Of a stretch of DNA of 53,806 nt, positions 8,959-18,777 are shown piece after piece (position 1 is the first letter of the stretch; the number at the start of each line of letters is the position of its first letter). Position numbers and translations under genes: made by a program. The stretch spans positions 1-53,806 of the forward strand of contig CAYQCW010000011.1 in NCBI GenBank assembly GCA_964416155.1, given 5' to 3'. The notes below the pieces were generated by a model. It searched no databases, was not told where the DNA came from, and saw nothing but the letters and a program-made list of their open reading frames with translations. Origin of the DNA: an uncultured Nitrososphaerota archaeon (GTDB taxonomy: Archaea > Thermoproteota > EX4484-205 > JAAOZP01).

Positions 8959-10008
8959 ATGACTGGCGCCGTGGAAATCGAGTTTGCAAGAATACCAGTG
9001 ATCGACTGCCACATGCATGTAACAAGCACCCTGCAGACCAGCAACGTTCTTGAAATAGTTTCTGAAGCAGGCTACTATAGAGCATGCCTCTTAAGCATCA
9101 TAGATGATAAGAGGGTTAATTTTAACCCTGACGTATTGCTCCTAAAGGCCTTGCATCCCGAAATGTTCTACGCTTTCGGAAGCCTTGACTACTCGTTCAT
9201 TTTCACAAGCAACCAGCCTCAACCGCTTCACGACCAAGTTGACAGGCTTCTGAGCATCGGGTTTGACGGAATTAAGATGATTGAGGGAAAGCCGACTTAC
9301 AGGAAAATTTTGAAAATCGGGTTTGACGACCCTTTCTACGAGGATTATTTTGCATGCCTCGAGGAGACTAGGCTTCCCCTGCTTTTTCACGTCGCTGACC
9401 CTGAGGAATTCTGGGACCACGTGAAAGTTCCGGTTTGGGCTAAGGCGCAAGGCTGGTTTTACGATCAGACTTATCCTCCGAAGGAACAGTTCTACAAGGA
9501 AGTTGACAGGGTTCTGGAAAAACATCCTGGTTTAAAAGTTATATTCGCCCATTTCTATTTTCTCTCTGCAGACATAGAGGCGGCTTCAAGCTTCTTGGAG
9601 AAAAATGAGAGCACTCATCTCGACCTAACTCCGGGAATAGAGATGTATCATAATTTCTCGATGGAAAAAGAGGCTTGGCGGGAATTCTTCATGAAATACG
9701 GGGATAGGATTCTTTTCGGCACAGATATTTTCGGCGGAGAGAGGGTTGAAAGCGCTCTAGCTAAGGTTCGGTTGGTCAGAGGGTTCCTGGAAACCGATGA
9801 AGGGTTAAATCTGCCGAGACACACGCTGGAGAAGATATATTGTTCGAACTTCCAAAGAATTGTGGGCCTTAAGCCTAGAAAGCTAAGTATCGATCTTGCT
9901 GTAGAAGAGTGTGAAAAACTAGCTGGGGAGGAGGCACGTCTAAGCTCCCGTCCTTTGGAAGAAACAGTTGCTTGGACAGTTGCCGGAAAAATAAGGAGCC
10001 TCGCCTAA
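8959..10008 (+). CDS. Amidohydrolase-2 family metal-dependent hydrolase
   Basis: IDCHMH, GIK, LLFHVADP, IFAHF, ILFGTD. Confidence 0.85.
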   Translation: MTGAVEIEFARIPVIDCHMHVTSTLQTSNVLEIVSEAGYYRACLLSIIDDKRVNFNPDVLLLKALHPEMFYAFGSLDYSFIFTSNQPQPLHDQVDRLLSIGFDGIKMIEGKPTYRKILKIGFDDPFYEDYFACLEETRLPLLFHVADPEEFWDHVKVPVWAKAQGWFYDQTYPPKEQFYKEVDRVLEKHPGLKVIFAHFYFLSADIEAASSFLEKNESTHLDLTPGIEMYHNFSMEKEAWREFFMKYGDRILFGTDIFGGERVESALAKVRLVRGFLETDEGLNLPRHTLEKIYCSNFQRIVGLKPRKLSIDLAVEECEKLAGEEARLSSRPLEETVAWTVAGKIRSLA

Positions 10009-10157
10009 TTTTAACACTTTTCCAAACGATTCAGCTGGAACCCGCCGAATCTATTTCTCAGGCTATTGGATGAGTTAGACAACTGTAAACCAGTAGGCTG
10101 AACTCGCCAGTGTTTTTCGCCAAGGTTAATATTCAGGCGTAGCGTCTACCCTACGGG

Positions 10158-11015
10158 TTGGAGAAGCCTCGCGTAAGGCAAGTAACAGCCTTCATCCCAA
10201 CTTTTCTAGTATGCAAAATCGCTGAGACCCTAGTAGCCACACAGGGTTTCGAGCCGGCTCCAGTGACCAGTGGGTATGAGGCGATAAGAGGAAGATTAAG
10301 GGGTAAGACTGTAATAATATATCATTCAGGCAGCGTTGTTTACGACGAGGCTCTTAAAGAAGTTAGAAGCATGGTTGAAGAGGCCCTGTACGAGCACTAC
10401 AGGATTGCTGGAACCACCATTGGGTCGGATGAGGCTGGGAAGGGAGAGGCCCTTGGACCTCTTGTTATTGCAGCAGTCGCGTTAACCCCCAGGCAGGCAG
10501 CATATCTCCAGTCGATAGGTGTTGCAGACAGCAAGATTATTCCAGAGAACAGGGTTCGAGAACTCGCCAAGAGGATTAAACAGTTTTCACTCGGCTACAG
10601 TATTTTGAGAATCCCCCCGCATAAGCTTAACGAAATGTTTGAGGGAAAGGAGAAGCACGGTAACTTGAACGATATACTTGCAAAAGGACACTGTGAAGTT
10701 TTAAAATCTGTTCTTTTAAAGATCTCCGAGAAGCCTGCTCAAATAATAATTGACAAGTTTGATTCAAGCAAAACCAATAGGCGAACAAGGATTATTGAGA
10801 ATGCCCTCGGCGGTTTAAGTGTTAAGGCGGTTGAAAAAGGAGAGGTTTTCCCAGCGGTGGCGGCAGCAAGCATACTTGCCAGAAGCAGCTACTTAGCATG
10901 GATAAGTAGAAACCTTAGTGGAGAAACTTTGAGAAGGGTTAAGGGAGGTGACTATAGTGCTGTCGGAACCATGGAAAGCCTTCCATACTATTTTAAGATG
11001 CGCTATTTAAAGTAG
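10158..11015 (+). CDS. rnhC: Ribonuclease H type 2 family, RNase HIII-like (N-terminal TBP-like extension)
   Basis: IGSDEAGKG..LGPLVIAAV, GVADSK, IIIDKF, KGE..PAVAAASILAR; about 85-aa N-terminal domain with VIIYHSGSVV. Confidence 0.7.
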   Translation: MEKPRVRQVTAFIPTFLVCKIAETLVATQGFEPAPVTSGYEAIRGRLRGKTVIIYHSGSVVYDEALKEVRSMVEEALYEHYRIAGTTIGSDEAGKGEALGPLVIAAVALTPRQAAYLQSIGVADSKIIPENRVRELAKRIKQFSLGYSILRIPPHKLNEMFEGKEKHGNLNDILAKGHCEVLKSVLLKISEKPAQIIIDKFDSSKTNRRTRIIENALGGLSVKAVEKGEVFPAVAAASILARSSYLAWISRNLSGETLRRVKGGDYSAVGTMESLPYYFKMRYLK

Positions 11016-11067
11016 AATTGGGTTTCATGCGCCGGCTGGGGAAAACTTAAAATTTATCCTTATTTCT

Positions 11068-11802
11068 TTGATAAACGCGTTGACGGAACTGCTCTACATG
11101 GATGATTCCTACTTGAGGGAGTTCGACGCTAGGGTTATTGAAGTTTCTGGGGACAACGTAGCGCTTGACAGAACGGCTTTTCACCCTAGAGGAGGGGGTC
11201 TTCCAGACGACACAGGAGTTTTTCTTAGAGAAGGCGGGACAGTGAAGATTGCTCAAGTCTTTAGTGAAGGAGGAAGAGTCCTGCACTCAGCGCCTGGACA
11301 CGGGTTGAACATTGGTGATGCTGTTAAGGGTGTCCTTGACTGGGAGAGAAGATATTTGATCATGAGGATGCACACGGGTATTCATGCTTTAGCATCAGTG
11401 TTCAACAGGAGGACCGGGGCTTTAATAACTGGGAACCAGGTTGATGTGGATAAGTCTAGACTGGATCTGAACCTTGAGAAGATAGATAGGGGTTTGATAG
11501 ATGATGTTTTCAACGAGACCAACAGGGAGCTTGCCTCAGGAAGAAATGTTAAGATATATTATCTTCCGAGGGAGGAGGCTCTTAAAATACCGGGGGTAGT
11601 TAAGCTTGCTGAAGCGGCACCACCTAACGTTGAGAGGCTTAGGATAGTTGAGATCGAAAACCTGGATATCCAGGCTGACGGTGGGCCCCACGTGGCTAAC
11701 ACGAGAGAAGTGGGAGAACTAGTTTTATTGAAAATAGAGAATAAGGGGAAGAACAATAGAAGAGTCTATTTCGATTTAAAGCAATCTTCTTCCAGCTTAT
11801 AG
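11068..11802 (+). CDS. alaX: Alanyl-tRNA editing protein AlaX-M
   Basis: LYMDDSYLREF, TAFHPRGGGLP.DTG, MRMHTGIH, ADGGPHV.NT.E, NKGKNNRR; start probably 11080 or 11098. Confidence 0.92.
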   Translation: MINALTELLYMDDSYLREFDARVIEVSGDNVALDRTAFHPRGGGLPDDTGVFLREGGTVKIAQVFSEGGRVLHSAPGHGLNIGDAVKGVLDWERRYLIMRMHTGIHALASVFNRRTGALITGNQVDVDKSRLDLNLEKIDRGLIDDVFNETNRELASGRNVKIYYLPREEALKIPGVVKLAEAAPPNVERLRIVEIENLDIQADGGPHVANTREVGELVLLKIENKGKNNRRVYFDLKQSSSSL

Positions 11803-12108
11803 TTGGTAAATCGGCTTTTTAAACATATCACGTCACGTGACTAGGTGATTTAGCTAAAAGCTTTTCGAACATGCTAAGAGGAGAGTGTTCATCTAACTAT
11901 TCAAGCCATTTAAAACCTATTGCGATCCTAATCCTACCCGTTTTCCCAATGCTCAAAAGAGATTCTGGAAGCAACTTTTTCACAAGCCTATAAACCTTTT
12001 CGATTATCGGCCCGTTTACCGGAATTCAAAGGCTCAATCCCTTCCCGAGAAAGAAGAATTTTAGGATAAGATGGGCTACTCCTAAACTGTCAATAGCATA
12101 CAGACTAT

Positions 12109-13359
12109 GTGCGACGGTTTCAACAATGTTTAAATAAAAATTATAATGATTCAGAGAAGTTGTCAGAGAACGTCAAAACAGGATTAAGAAAAAGCGTGTA
12201 TGGGGCAATCCTGCTCTTCGGCATAGTGAGTCTAATGGGAGATGTGATATACGAGGGTTCAAGAGGAATAGTCCCTGACTACCTCAAGTTCCTTGGGGCT
12301 TCAGCAGTGGTGGTTGGGCTAGTAAGCGGTTTTGGAGAGTTTCTGGGTTACACGGTGAGGATTTTAAGCGGGTACCTTGCTGACGTAACTAAGTCCTACT
12401 GGCTGTTTATATTCATAGGATATGGCCTCATCATAGTTGTTCCTTCTCTATCTTTAAGCAGCACATGGAGCATAGCGATTGTCCTCATTATTCTTGAAAG
12501 GATTGGGAAAGCCATTAGGACGCCTGCGCGAGACACGTTGCTCTCGATAATAGGCAGGGGGTCTCAGACCGGTAGGGTTTTCGGGCTCCACGAGTTTTTC
12601 GACCAGATTGGTGCAATCATAGGCCCCATGTTAGTGTCGCTCACAATGCTTTACACCGGCAACAATTATCAACTATCTTTCAGCCTAATGTTCATCCCCT
12701 ATTTCATGCTGATGCTGGCCTTATCATATACTTTCATCAGGATGGGGAGAACTGTAAGCATTGAGAAAACAGTGGGCGGGGGAATAAAGGGAAAGCTGGA
12801 CATTAGGTTTAAAATGTATGTTGCAGCTGTTTTCTTCAACACTTTGGGACTGATTCCCGCCAGCCTCATACTTTACAAAGCATCCATATTGCTTAGCGCC
12901 ACGGGTCAGCAATGGATTGTCCCAATACTCTATCTCGTGATTCAAGCGGTTGACGCACCCATTGCCGTAGTGTCCGGTTACTTCTACGATAAGCATGGTT
13001 TAAAAACACTGTCACTTCCATTCCTCCTCTCAATAGCTCCGTCACTCATAGCTTCACTTCAACCAAGCTTACTCTCCCTAATAATTGCCTCAACATGTTT
13101 CGGAATTGTTCTTGGTATGCAGGAGTCTATTTACCGTGCAGCCGTGTCAGACTTGGTGGAGGTTAACATTAGGGGTTCTGCATACGGAGTTTTTAACACG
13201 GCTTACGGGTTAGGGATGCTGCTGGGAGGATTGGCATACGGGTTTTTCACGGATACTGGTCTTACAATATTTGAGGTAGCTTTCTACTCTATAAGCCTGC
13301 AGCTGGTTGCATTATTACTACTTAGAAAAACCAGGTCAGGTTCAGAGAAGGCTTTATAA
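12109..13359 (+). CDS. MFS transporter
   Basis: VSLMGDVIYEGSR, SGYLAD, ERIGKAIRTPARD, FDQIGA..GP, QESIYRAAVSDL; start probably TTG at about 12160. Confidence 0.9.
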   Translation: MRRFQQCLNKNYNDSEKLSENVKTGLRKSVYGAILLFGIVSLMGDVIYEGSRGIVPDYLKFLGASAVVVGLVSGFGEFLGYTVRILSGYLADVTKSYWLFIFIGYGLIIVVPSLSLSSTWSIAIVLIILERIGKAIRTPARDTLLSIIGRGSQTGRVFGLHEFFDQIGAIIGPMLVSLTMLYTGNNYQLSFSLMFIPYFMLMLALSYTFIRMGRTVSIEKTVGGGIKGKLDIRFKMYVAAVFFNTLGLIPASLILYKASILLSATGQQWIVPILYLVIQAVDAPIAVVSGYFYDKHGLKTLSLPFLLSIAPSLIASLQPSLLSLIIASTCFGIVLGMQESIYRAAVSDLVEVNIRGSAYGVFNTAYGLGMLLGGLAYGFFTDTGLTIFEVAFYSISLQLVALLLLRKTRSGSEKAL

Positions 13360-13391
13360 AGATATTCAGGTGAAACATGCTTTGAAAAATC

Positions 13392-13847
13392 ATGGATGGA
13401 AAAGTTCAAGGGTTCAGAAGGGTGATGCAGATAGGGATTGTCGTGAGAAGCATTGAGGAAAGCATTAAAGCTTGGGAGAAACTCCTAAGCGTAAAGGCTT
13501 CTGGAGTAGCGGAGACAGAGCCTTTGGAGAAAACAGGTATGAAATATCGGGGTAAGGCTGCAGACGGGAGAGCTAAACTAGCATTTCTTCAACTTGAAAA
13601 CATAACTATCGAGCTAATAGAGCCTGTCGGAGGACCAAGCACTTGGAGCGATTTCTTAGAGAAGCATGGTGAAGGAATACACCATATTGCCTTTGATGTG
13701 GACGACATGGAATCAGTTAAGAAGAGCCTTAGAAGAATGGGCATAAGTATAGAGCAGGAGGGAAGCTTCACAGGCGGTTGTTACGCTTATACGGATCCCA
13801 ATAGTCCTTTGGGCATCATAATAGAGTTGCTTGCACATCAGCCTTAA
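13392..13847 (+). CDS. VOC/glyoxalase family protein (methylmalonyl-CoA epimerase-like)
   Basis: QIGIVV, IELIEPVGGPS.W.DFLEKHGEGIHHIAF, IIELL. Confidence 0.85.
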   Translation: MDGKVQGFRRVMQIGIVVRSIEESIKAWEKLLSVKASGVAETEPLEKTGMKYRGKAADGRAKLAFLQLENITIELIEPVGGPSTWSDFLEKHGEGIHHIAFDVDDMESVKKSLRRMGISIEQEGSFTGGCYAYTDPNSPLGIIIELLAHQP

Positions 13848-13928
13848 GCCTATTCAATACATATAGACTTAGCATTTCTTATAAAAAATAGGCTTATATT
13901 CCTGAAACCATTTTTCACCGTAGGTCCT

Positions 13929-14282
13929 TATATTCAGTTTAAAGCGGAATCTCTGCATAGAGGGACGAAGGGGCTAGGCCGGTATCTCATCAACCAGACT
14001 GCTACGTTCAGCGTGACGGCTACCAAAGATGGAAGGCCTTCTAAGTGTTCTCGGAGGATACTACGAGTTCACAGGATGGTCTGGAGACTCGATGTCACCA
14101 GCCCTACTTCGATAATATTCATGGATGGTGATGAAACAGTTACAGCAGTATTTAAGCCAAACTACACGATGCCCCTAATATGTTTGGCAACGATATTGAA
14201 CGTCCTGCTGCTTGTTTCAGCAGTCGTTTTGAGAAAAAGAAGGCCTGTCATGCTACCGCCTTCTCCACCATCGCCTCCGTAG
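13929..14282 (+). pseudogene. Frameshifted C-terminal relic of a cell-surface protein (InlB B-repeat-like domain, TM anchor, polyproline tail)
   Basis: Fragments switch between frames: GLGRYLINQTATFSV / MEGLLSVLGGYYEFTGWSGD / SPTSIIFMDGDETVTAVF-TM-LRKRR-PPSPPSPP*. Confidence 0.7.
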
Positions 14283-14354
14283 TTTTCTTGTTCTCTTTTT
14301 TCATCTCAACACGACATTTTATTGAGGATAATCTGCGGCGATACCTTAGGTTAA

Positions 14355-14804
14355 TTATTCTAATTTTCCAGATGGTTGAGATGCATAGTCGAGCAGCTTC
14401 TTACAATTTTCATAAACCCGCTCAGCATTCCTTAAGGCGTTTGAAGCATCGACTTGGGTGAAGAGAGACGAGGGCGGTTTCAGAGCCTGTTCATCTCCGT
14501 AAAAGGCTGGACCCCTCTTCTTCGCCAAATCGCTGGAGACCACCGCCATAAACTCTAGGTCCGCCATAAACCATTCTGGAAGCTCGCGTGACCTTGCAAC
14601 TTCTAGTAAAACGTCTCGAACATCATGGTCGCGAGGATATTCTATGGCGAGAAACCTGAGTGCTGCTTTTAATGAGAGCTCTACGGTTTCTTGGGATCTT
14701 CTGACTGTAAGGGGGTAATCCGCAGTCATAAAAGCATTTTTCGCCTCATCCAGCGTTCTGGAAGCCCTCCTTATGTATTCAAGCGCCATTTCTATGCTTC
14801 TCAA
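14355..14804 (-). CDS. HEPN domain protein (MNT-HEPN pair 1)
   Basis: A.EY..RA, SQETVELSLKAALR...EYPRDHDV, KRGPAFYG; 4-nt overlap with the MNT gene. Confidence 0.9.
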   Translation of the reverse strand: MRSIEMALEYIRRASRTLDEAKNAFMTADYPLTVRRSQETVELSLKAALRFLAIEYPRDHDVRDVLLEVARSRELPEWFMADLEFMAVVSSDLAKKRGPAFYGDEQALKPPSSLFTQVDASNALRNAERVYENCKKLLDYASQPSGKLE

Positions 14805-15316
14805 ATCTCAACGACCTCGCCCATCTTATAGTCTGGTTTAAGATCCCAGTACCACCTACCATCCGGCAACCTAACCTTCCTCGCCCCCAAGGCCTTAAGC
14901 CTTTCTTGAAGCTCATTTAGTTGTCTCTTAATGAAATCATCCTTATCATAAAGGATTATTCCATCCGTAAGAATATCAAGCATGATTGGAGGATGCTGTT
15001 TAACCTCATCCTTAGTTAGCGGTATAGGGCTGATCAGGGTACCCAGTCTTCGCTTCCTCAGCTCTAGCCTAGACCTTGAGGTTAAGAGCTCGTTCTCAAT
15101 TTCTTGGAAAATACGAAACCTTTCCCCGAAAGAATCGTTAAAGCTCTCCAAAACGACTAAAAGGTCTATGTCGCTACCCTCACCAGCCTCTCCCCTTGCT
15201 ACGCTTCCAAAGAGCACGACTGAAACTAGGTTATCGCCAAGCTTAGCCTTCAGCAACTCGACTATCAAGTTAACGTAATCGTTGTACAGAGGAGTTATCA
15301 TCAGCTTATTCATCAT
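14801..15316 (-). CDS. Minimal nucleotidyltransferase (MNT), pair 1
   Basis: VVLFGSVARGEAGEGSDIDLLVV. Confidence 0.9.
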   Translation of the reverse strand: MMNKLMITPLYNDYVNLIVELLKAKLGDNLVSVVLFGSVARGEAGEGSDIDLLVVLESFNDSFGERFRIFQEIENELLTSRSRLELRKRRLGTLISPIPLTKDEVKQHPPIMLDILTDGIILYDKDDFIKRQLNELQERLKALGARKVRLPDGRWYWDLKPDYKMGEVVEI

Positions 15317-15619
15317 TGTAGTGAGTTTGAGTTTAAAAGTTTTATAATAAGCTCGGAAAAAGCCTAAAGCTTTAGTTCCGGATGAATTGTCGACAGTGCT
15401 TAAATACTAGGCAGATTATGGCTCCGAATAACTCTAAAACTTCCCTTGATACCGTTAAAAGGCATTTGATCCATAAGCCACATCAACTACCCGGAATTTC
15501 TCACCTCTTTAGCATCTTTTCAACCATAACCTCCCGTCCTTCAACTTACGCTTCTAACTTCAATCGTAGAGGATGTCAACGACAAAGTTAAATCTCCAAC
15601 TGACAACACTCATACGAGT

Positions 15620-17956
15620 ATGAGACTCTGGCTCTTAGACTTGAATGCTGAGTTGCTTCATGACAGGGATGCTATCTTCCTGTGGTGTGTTTCAGAAGAT
15701 GGAGGAAGAATCCTGCTCATAGACGATTCTGTTGAAAATTTTTTCTTCCTTAAGCCTTCAGAAACTGTTGATCCTAATGAGGCAGCTAATGTAGCTCTTT
15801 CCGAAGGTAAGAGGCATGGTGTTACGAAGGTGGATGTTTGCAGTATGAGGATCCTTGGAAAGCCAGTTAGGGTTGTCAGAGTGTATGTCGACAGGTCTGA
15901 GAATATTGAGAGAATAGTCGGAAGGCTTGAGAAGCTTAAGATATTTGATAAGCTTTATGAAAACGATATCAGGCTTTCAACAAGGTACCTTCTGGAGAAG
16001 AATCTGACACCTTCCTCATGGTTTGAAGCAGAGGTTGAAAGTGGGGGTTATCTACCTTCTATTCCTAATGTCAAAACCTTCAAGGTTAAAACGGTTAAGC
16101 CGCTAGGGGAAGAGAAGGCACCTGAGCTCCGCGTTATGACGGTACATTTCCTTAAAGTGGGCAGGAAGGGCTCCCCCAAACCGGAATACGACCCCATTGT
16201 AGCAATATCCACCTACGATGGGAAAGTGCCTAGGCAGCTTAGGCATGATGGAAAGACTGATAAGCGTTTAATAGAGGATTTTTTGAATCTAGTGAAAACC
16301 TTTGACCCGGATATTATAGTAGGGTATGGAATAACTGAAGACTGGAGTTATCTGGTAGAGAGATGTAAAAGGGTTGATGTTCAAGTAGAGGTCGGACGGA
16401 ATTATGCTAAGCCCCATACGAGTGTTTTCGGCCATGTTTCAGTAACGGGTAGGATTAGTATCGATCTTTTCCACAATGCTCGAGAAAACCCACAGTTAAC
16501 GGAGTATACTCTGGACGAGTATGCTGAATCGCTTGGGCTGAGTTTTGAGCACAGTATTCCGGAGCACAAGTATTTCGACTATTGGTCAAACTCTTCAGAG
16601 GCGGAAAAACTTTTTAAACAATCAGAAGAGTATGCAAAACTGTTATATAGGATTTGGATGATGATTGGCGATTTCGCAATACAGCTCTCCCAGATCACTG
16701 GTCTACCCATGGATCATGTTTTCACAGCCTCCCCAGGGCATAGGGCTGAAGCATTCTTAATAAGGGAGGCATACTCCCTAGGGGAGTTAATACCTCCCAG
16801 GGTTGAGAAACCATATGTTCCTTACGCAGGCGGCTTGGTTCTACAACCGCAGGAAGGTGTTTATGAAAACATCAGCGTGATCGATTTCTCATCGATGTAC
16901 CCCAACATCATGCTGAAATACAATATTTCTCCAGACACATATGTTCCGGAGGGCGAGGAATGCAAGGATTGTTACGTCTCGCCCGAGTCGAAACACAGGT
17001 TTAGGAAAGGCTACAGAGGGGTCTACACCAGAATGCTTCAGAAGCTTCTGGAGGCTCGGAGGAGTGTGAGGAAGAAGCTTGAAACCGTGGAGGGGGGAAG
17101 TGTTGAATACGGGATTCTCGACGCTAGGCAGAAAGCCCTCAAGATTCTTGCGAACACGCTTTACGGTTATGCAGGCTGGATTGGTGCACGCTGGTATCTG
17201 AGGCAGGTTGCTGAATCCGTTGCAGAATGGGGAAGGCACATTATTAGAATGGCCATTGAGAAAGCCGGGCAGATGGGGATGAAGATAATCTACGGAGACA
17301 CTGACAGCATCTTTGTTATGGACGGCGAGAAGCTTAAGGAGCTTGTAGGCTGGATCGAAAGTGAGCTTGAAATGGAGGTGCGGGTCGATAAGAAATACAG
17401 TAGAATACTTTTCACTGAGGCAAAGAAAAGATATGGTGGTCTTTTAGAAGACAGTGGTCTCGAGGTTGTAGGCTTAGAGGTTGTCAGAGGCGACTGGGCG
17501 GAAATCGCCAAGGAGACTCAGCTGGGGGTTCTTAAAACAATGCTTGAAACAATGGATGTCGGCAAAGCGGTTTCTTACGTGAGAAACATTATAGCCGAGA
17601 CAAGAAGTGGCAGGGTTGAGATGGAGAAGATGATCATATGGAAGAGAATGACCAAGCCTCCGGAGGCCTATGAAGTTAGGGCACCGCATGTCTTAGCTGC
17701 ACTCGAGCTCTCAAAGAGAGGCTGGAGAATAGATTTGGGGGACAAGGTTGGGTACGTTATCGTAAAAGGGGCTTCGAAAATAGGTGAGAGGGCTAAACCC
17801 TACCAGCTGGCTGAGAAAAAGGATATTGACAGCGAGTACTATGTTAAGAACCAAATAGTTCCAGCCGCAATGCGAATACTTAAAGTGTTTGGAGTGGATG
17901 AGCAGAGTCTGCTGCAGGAGTCTAAGAGAGGATTGATGGCTTTCGGAGGAGATTGA
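15620..17956 (+). CDS. polB: Family B DNA polymerase (PolB3-like); polymerase motifs intact, exonuclease motifs degenerate
   Basis: DFSSMYPNIM...NISPDT, KILANTLYGY, IIYGDTDS, KKRYGG, YYVKNQIVP; PIP-like C-terminal GLMAF. Confidence 0.95.
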   Translation: MRLWLLDLNAELLHDRDAIFLWCVSEDGGRILLIDDSVENFFFLKPSETVDPNEAANVALSEGKRHGVTKVDVCSMRILGKPVRVVRVYVDRSENIERIVGRLEKLKIFDKLYENDIRLSTRYLLEKNLTPSSWFEAEVESGGYLPSIPNVKTFKVKTVKPLGEEKAPELRVMTVHFLKVGRKGSPKPEYDPIVAISTYDGKVPRQLRHDGKTDKRLIEDFLNLVKTFDPDIIVGYGITEDWSYLVERCKRVDVQVEVGRNYAKPHTSVFGHVSVTGRISIDLFHNARENPQLTEYTLDEYAESLGLSFEHSIPEHKYFDYWSNSSEAEKLFKQSEEYAKLLYRIWMMIGDFAIQLSQITGLPMDHVFTASPGHRAEAFLIREAYSLGELIPPRVEKPYVPYAGGLVLQPQEGVYENISVIDFSSMYPNIMLKYNISPDTYVPEGEECKDCYVSPESKHRFRKGYRGVYTRMLQKLLEARRSVRKKLETVEGGSVEYGILDARQKALKILANTLYGYAGWIGARWYLRQVAESVAEWGRHIIRMAIEKAGQMGMKIIYGDTDSIFVMDGEKLKELVGWIESELEMEVRVDKKYSRILFTEAKKRYGGLLEDSGLEVVGLEVVRGDWAEIAKETQLGVLKTMLETMDVGKAVSYVRNIIAETRSGRVEMEKMIIWKRMTKPPEAYEVRAPHVLAALELSKRGWRIDLGDKVGYVIVKGASKIGERAKPYQLAEKKDIDSEYYVKNQIVPAAMRILKVFGVDEQSLLQESKRGLMAFGGD

Positions 17957-18033
17957 AAGGAAGCTTTTTCCCTATTAGGGAATAATTAACTATTAAGTAA
18001 AAATTTAATAATCTGGTTTAAACCCTTAATTTC

Positions 18034-18777
18034 ATGGCGAAAGCCCTGCCTAACTGGTTAGCAGTCAAATACTTCAGACTCCTTTCATCATTCGGCCTTC
18101 TTCCCTTCACGGCAAAAGATGCTAAGGTAGCTCTACGTTCAAAGAAAGCCCCATTATTCCTGCACAAGATGTACTCATATGGCTGGGCTGATAAGGTGGA
18201 GAGGGGTGTATACAGGATTGTACACCCGTTTATAGCTCTGATGGAGGCTTCAGGGTTCGCTTGGAGAGATAAGGTGAAAAACAGGGACAGGTTGCCCGTG
18301 CTCGAATTAGCAGTCGTTAAGCTTTTCGAAGCATTAGGAACAAGGTTGGAGTCCATAGTATTGTTTGGTTCTTTATCCACAGGGAAGGCTAAACCTGAGA
18401 GTGACATAGACCTGCTGGTTGTGGCAAGAGATCTGCCTGAAAAGTATGGCGAGAGAACAAGCATTATTCGCGAGGCCATATCCTGCAAGTTGATGGATGA
18501 TATCATAATTCATGCTTGGAGAGAAAAAGGCATGTACACAGATCTTGACATACTGCTAATAGACGTTAAGGAAGCCGGTGTAACGCACCCGTTTTACCTC
18601 GACCTGACGAGGGACTGCATAATCATCTATGATAAAAACAAGTTGATGTCTAAAAAGATAATGGAAGTCAGAGAGAAGCTTGAAAAAATGGGTGCGAAAA
18701 GGTTTGAGGAGCCGGATGGAAGCTGGTACTGGGTTCTAAGCCCTGAAGCCGAGACGGTTAGAGGTGTAGAATTATGA
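18034..18777 (+). CDS. wHTH-fused minimal nucleotidyltransferase (MNT), pair 2
   Basis: N-terminal wHTH ending GWADKVERGVYRI; IVLFGSLSTGKAKPESDIDLLVV. Confidence 0.85.
   Translation: MAKALPNWLAVKYFRLLSSFGLLPFTAKDAKVALRSKKAPLFLHKMYSYGWADKVERGVYRIVHPFIALMEASGFAWRDKVKNRDRLPVLELAVVKLFEALGTRLESIVLFGSLSTGKAKPESDIDLLVVARDLPEKYGERTSIIREAISCKLMDDIIIHAWREKGMYTDLDILLIDVKEAGVTHPFYLDLTRDCIIIYDKNKLMSKKIMEVREKLEKMGAKRFEEPDGSWYWVLSPEAETVRGVEL

Noticed and set aside
11803-12108. 300-nt spacer with palindrome GTCACGTGAC and a short minus-strand frame (IPVNGPIIEKVYRLVKK...FKWLE*)
   Set aside because: Possibly another gene relic or operator, but no recognisable family and a single 10-bp palindrome is expected by chance.
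15382-15591. 69-aa ORF between MNT and polB
   Set aside because: No motif and atypical composition; more likely promoter or decayed sequence.
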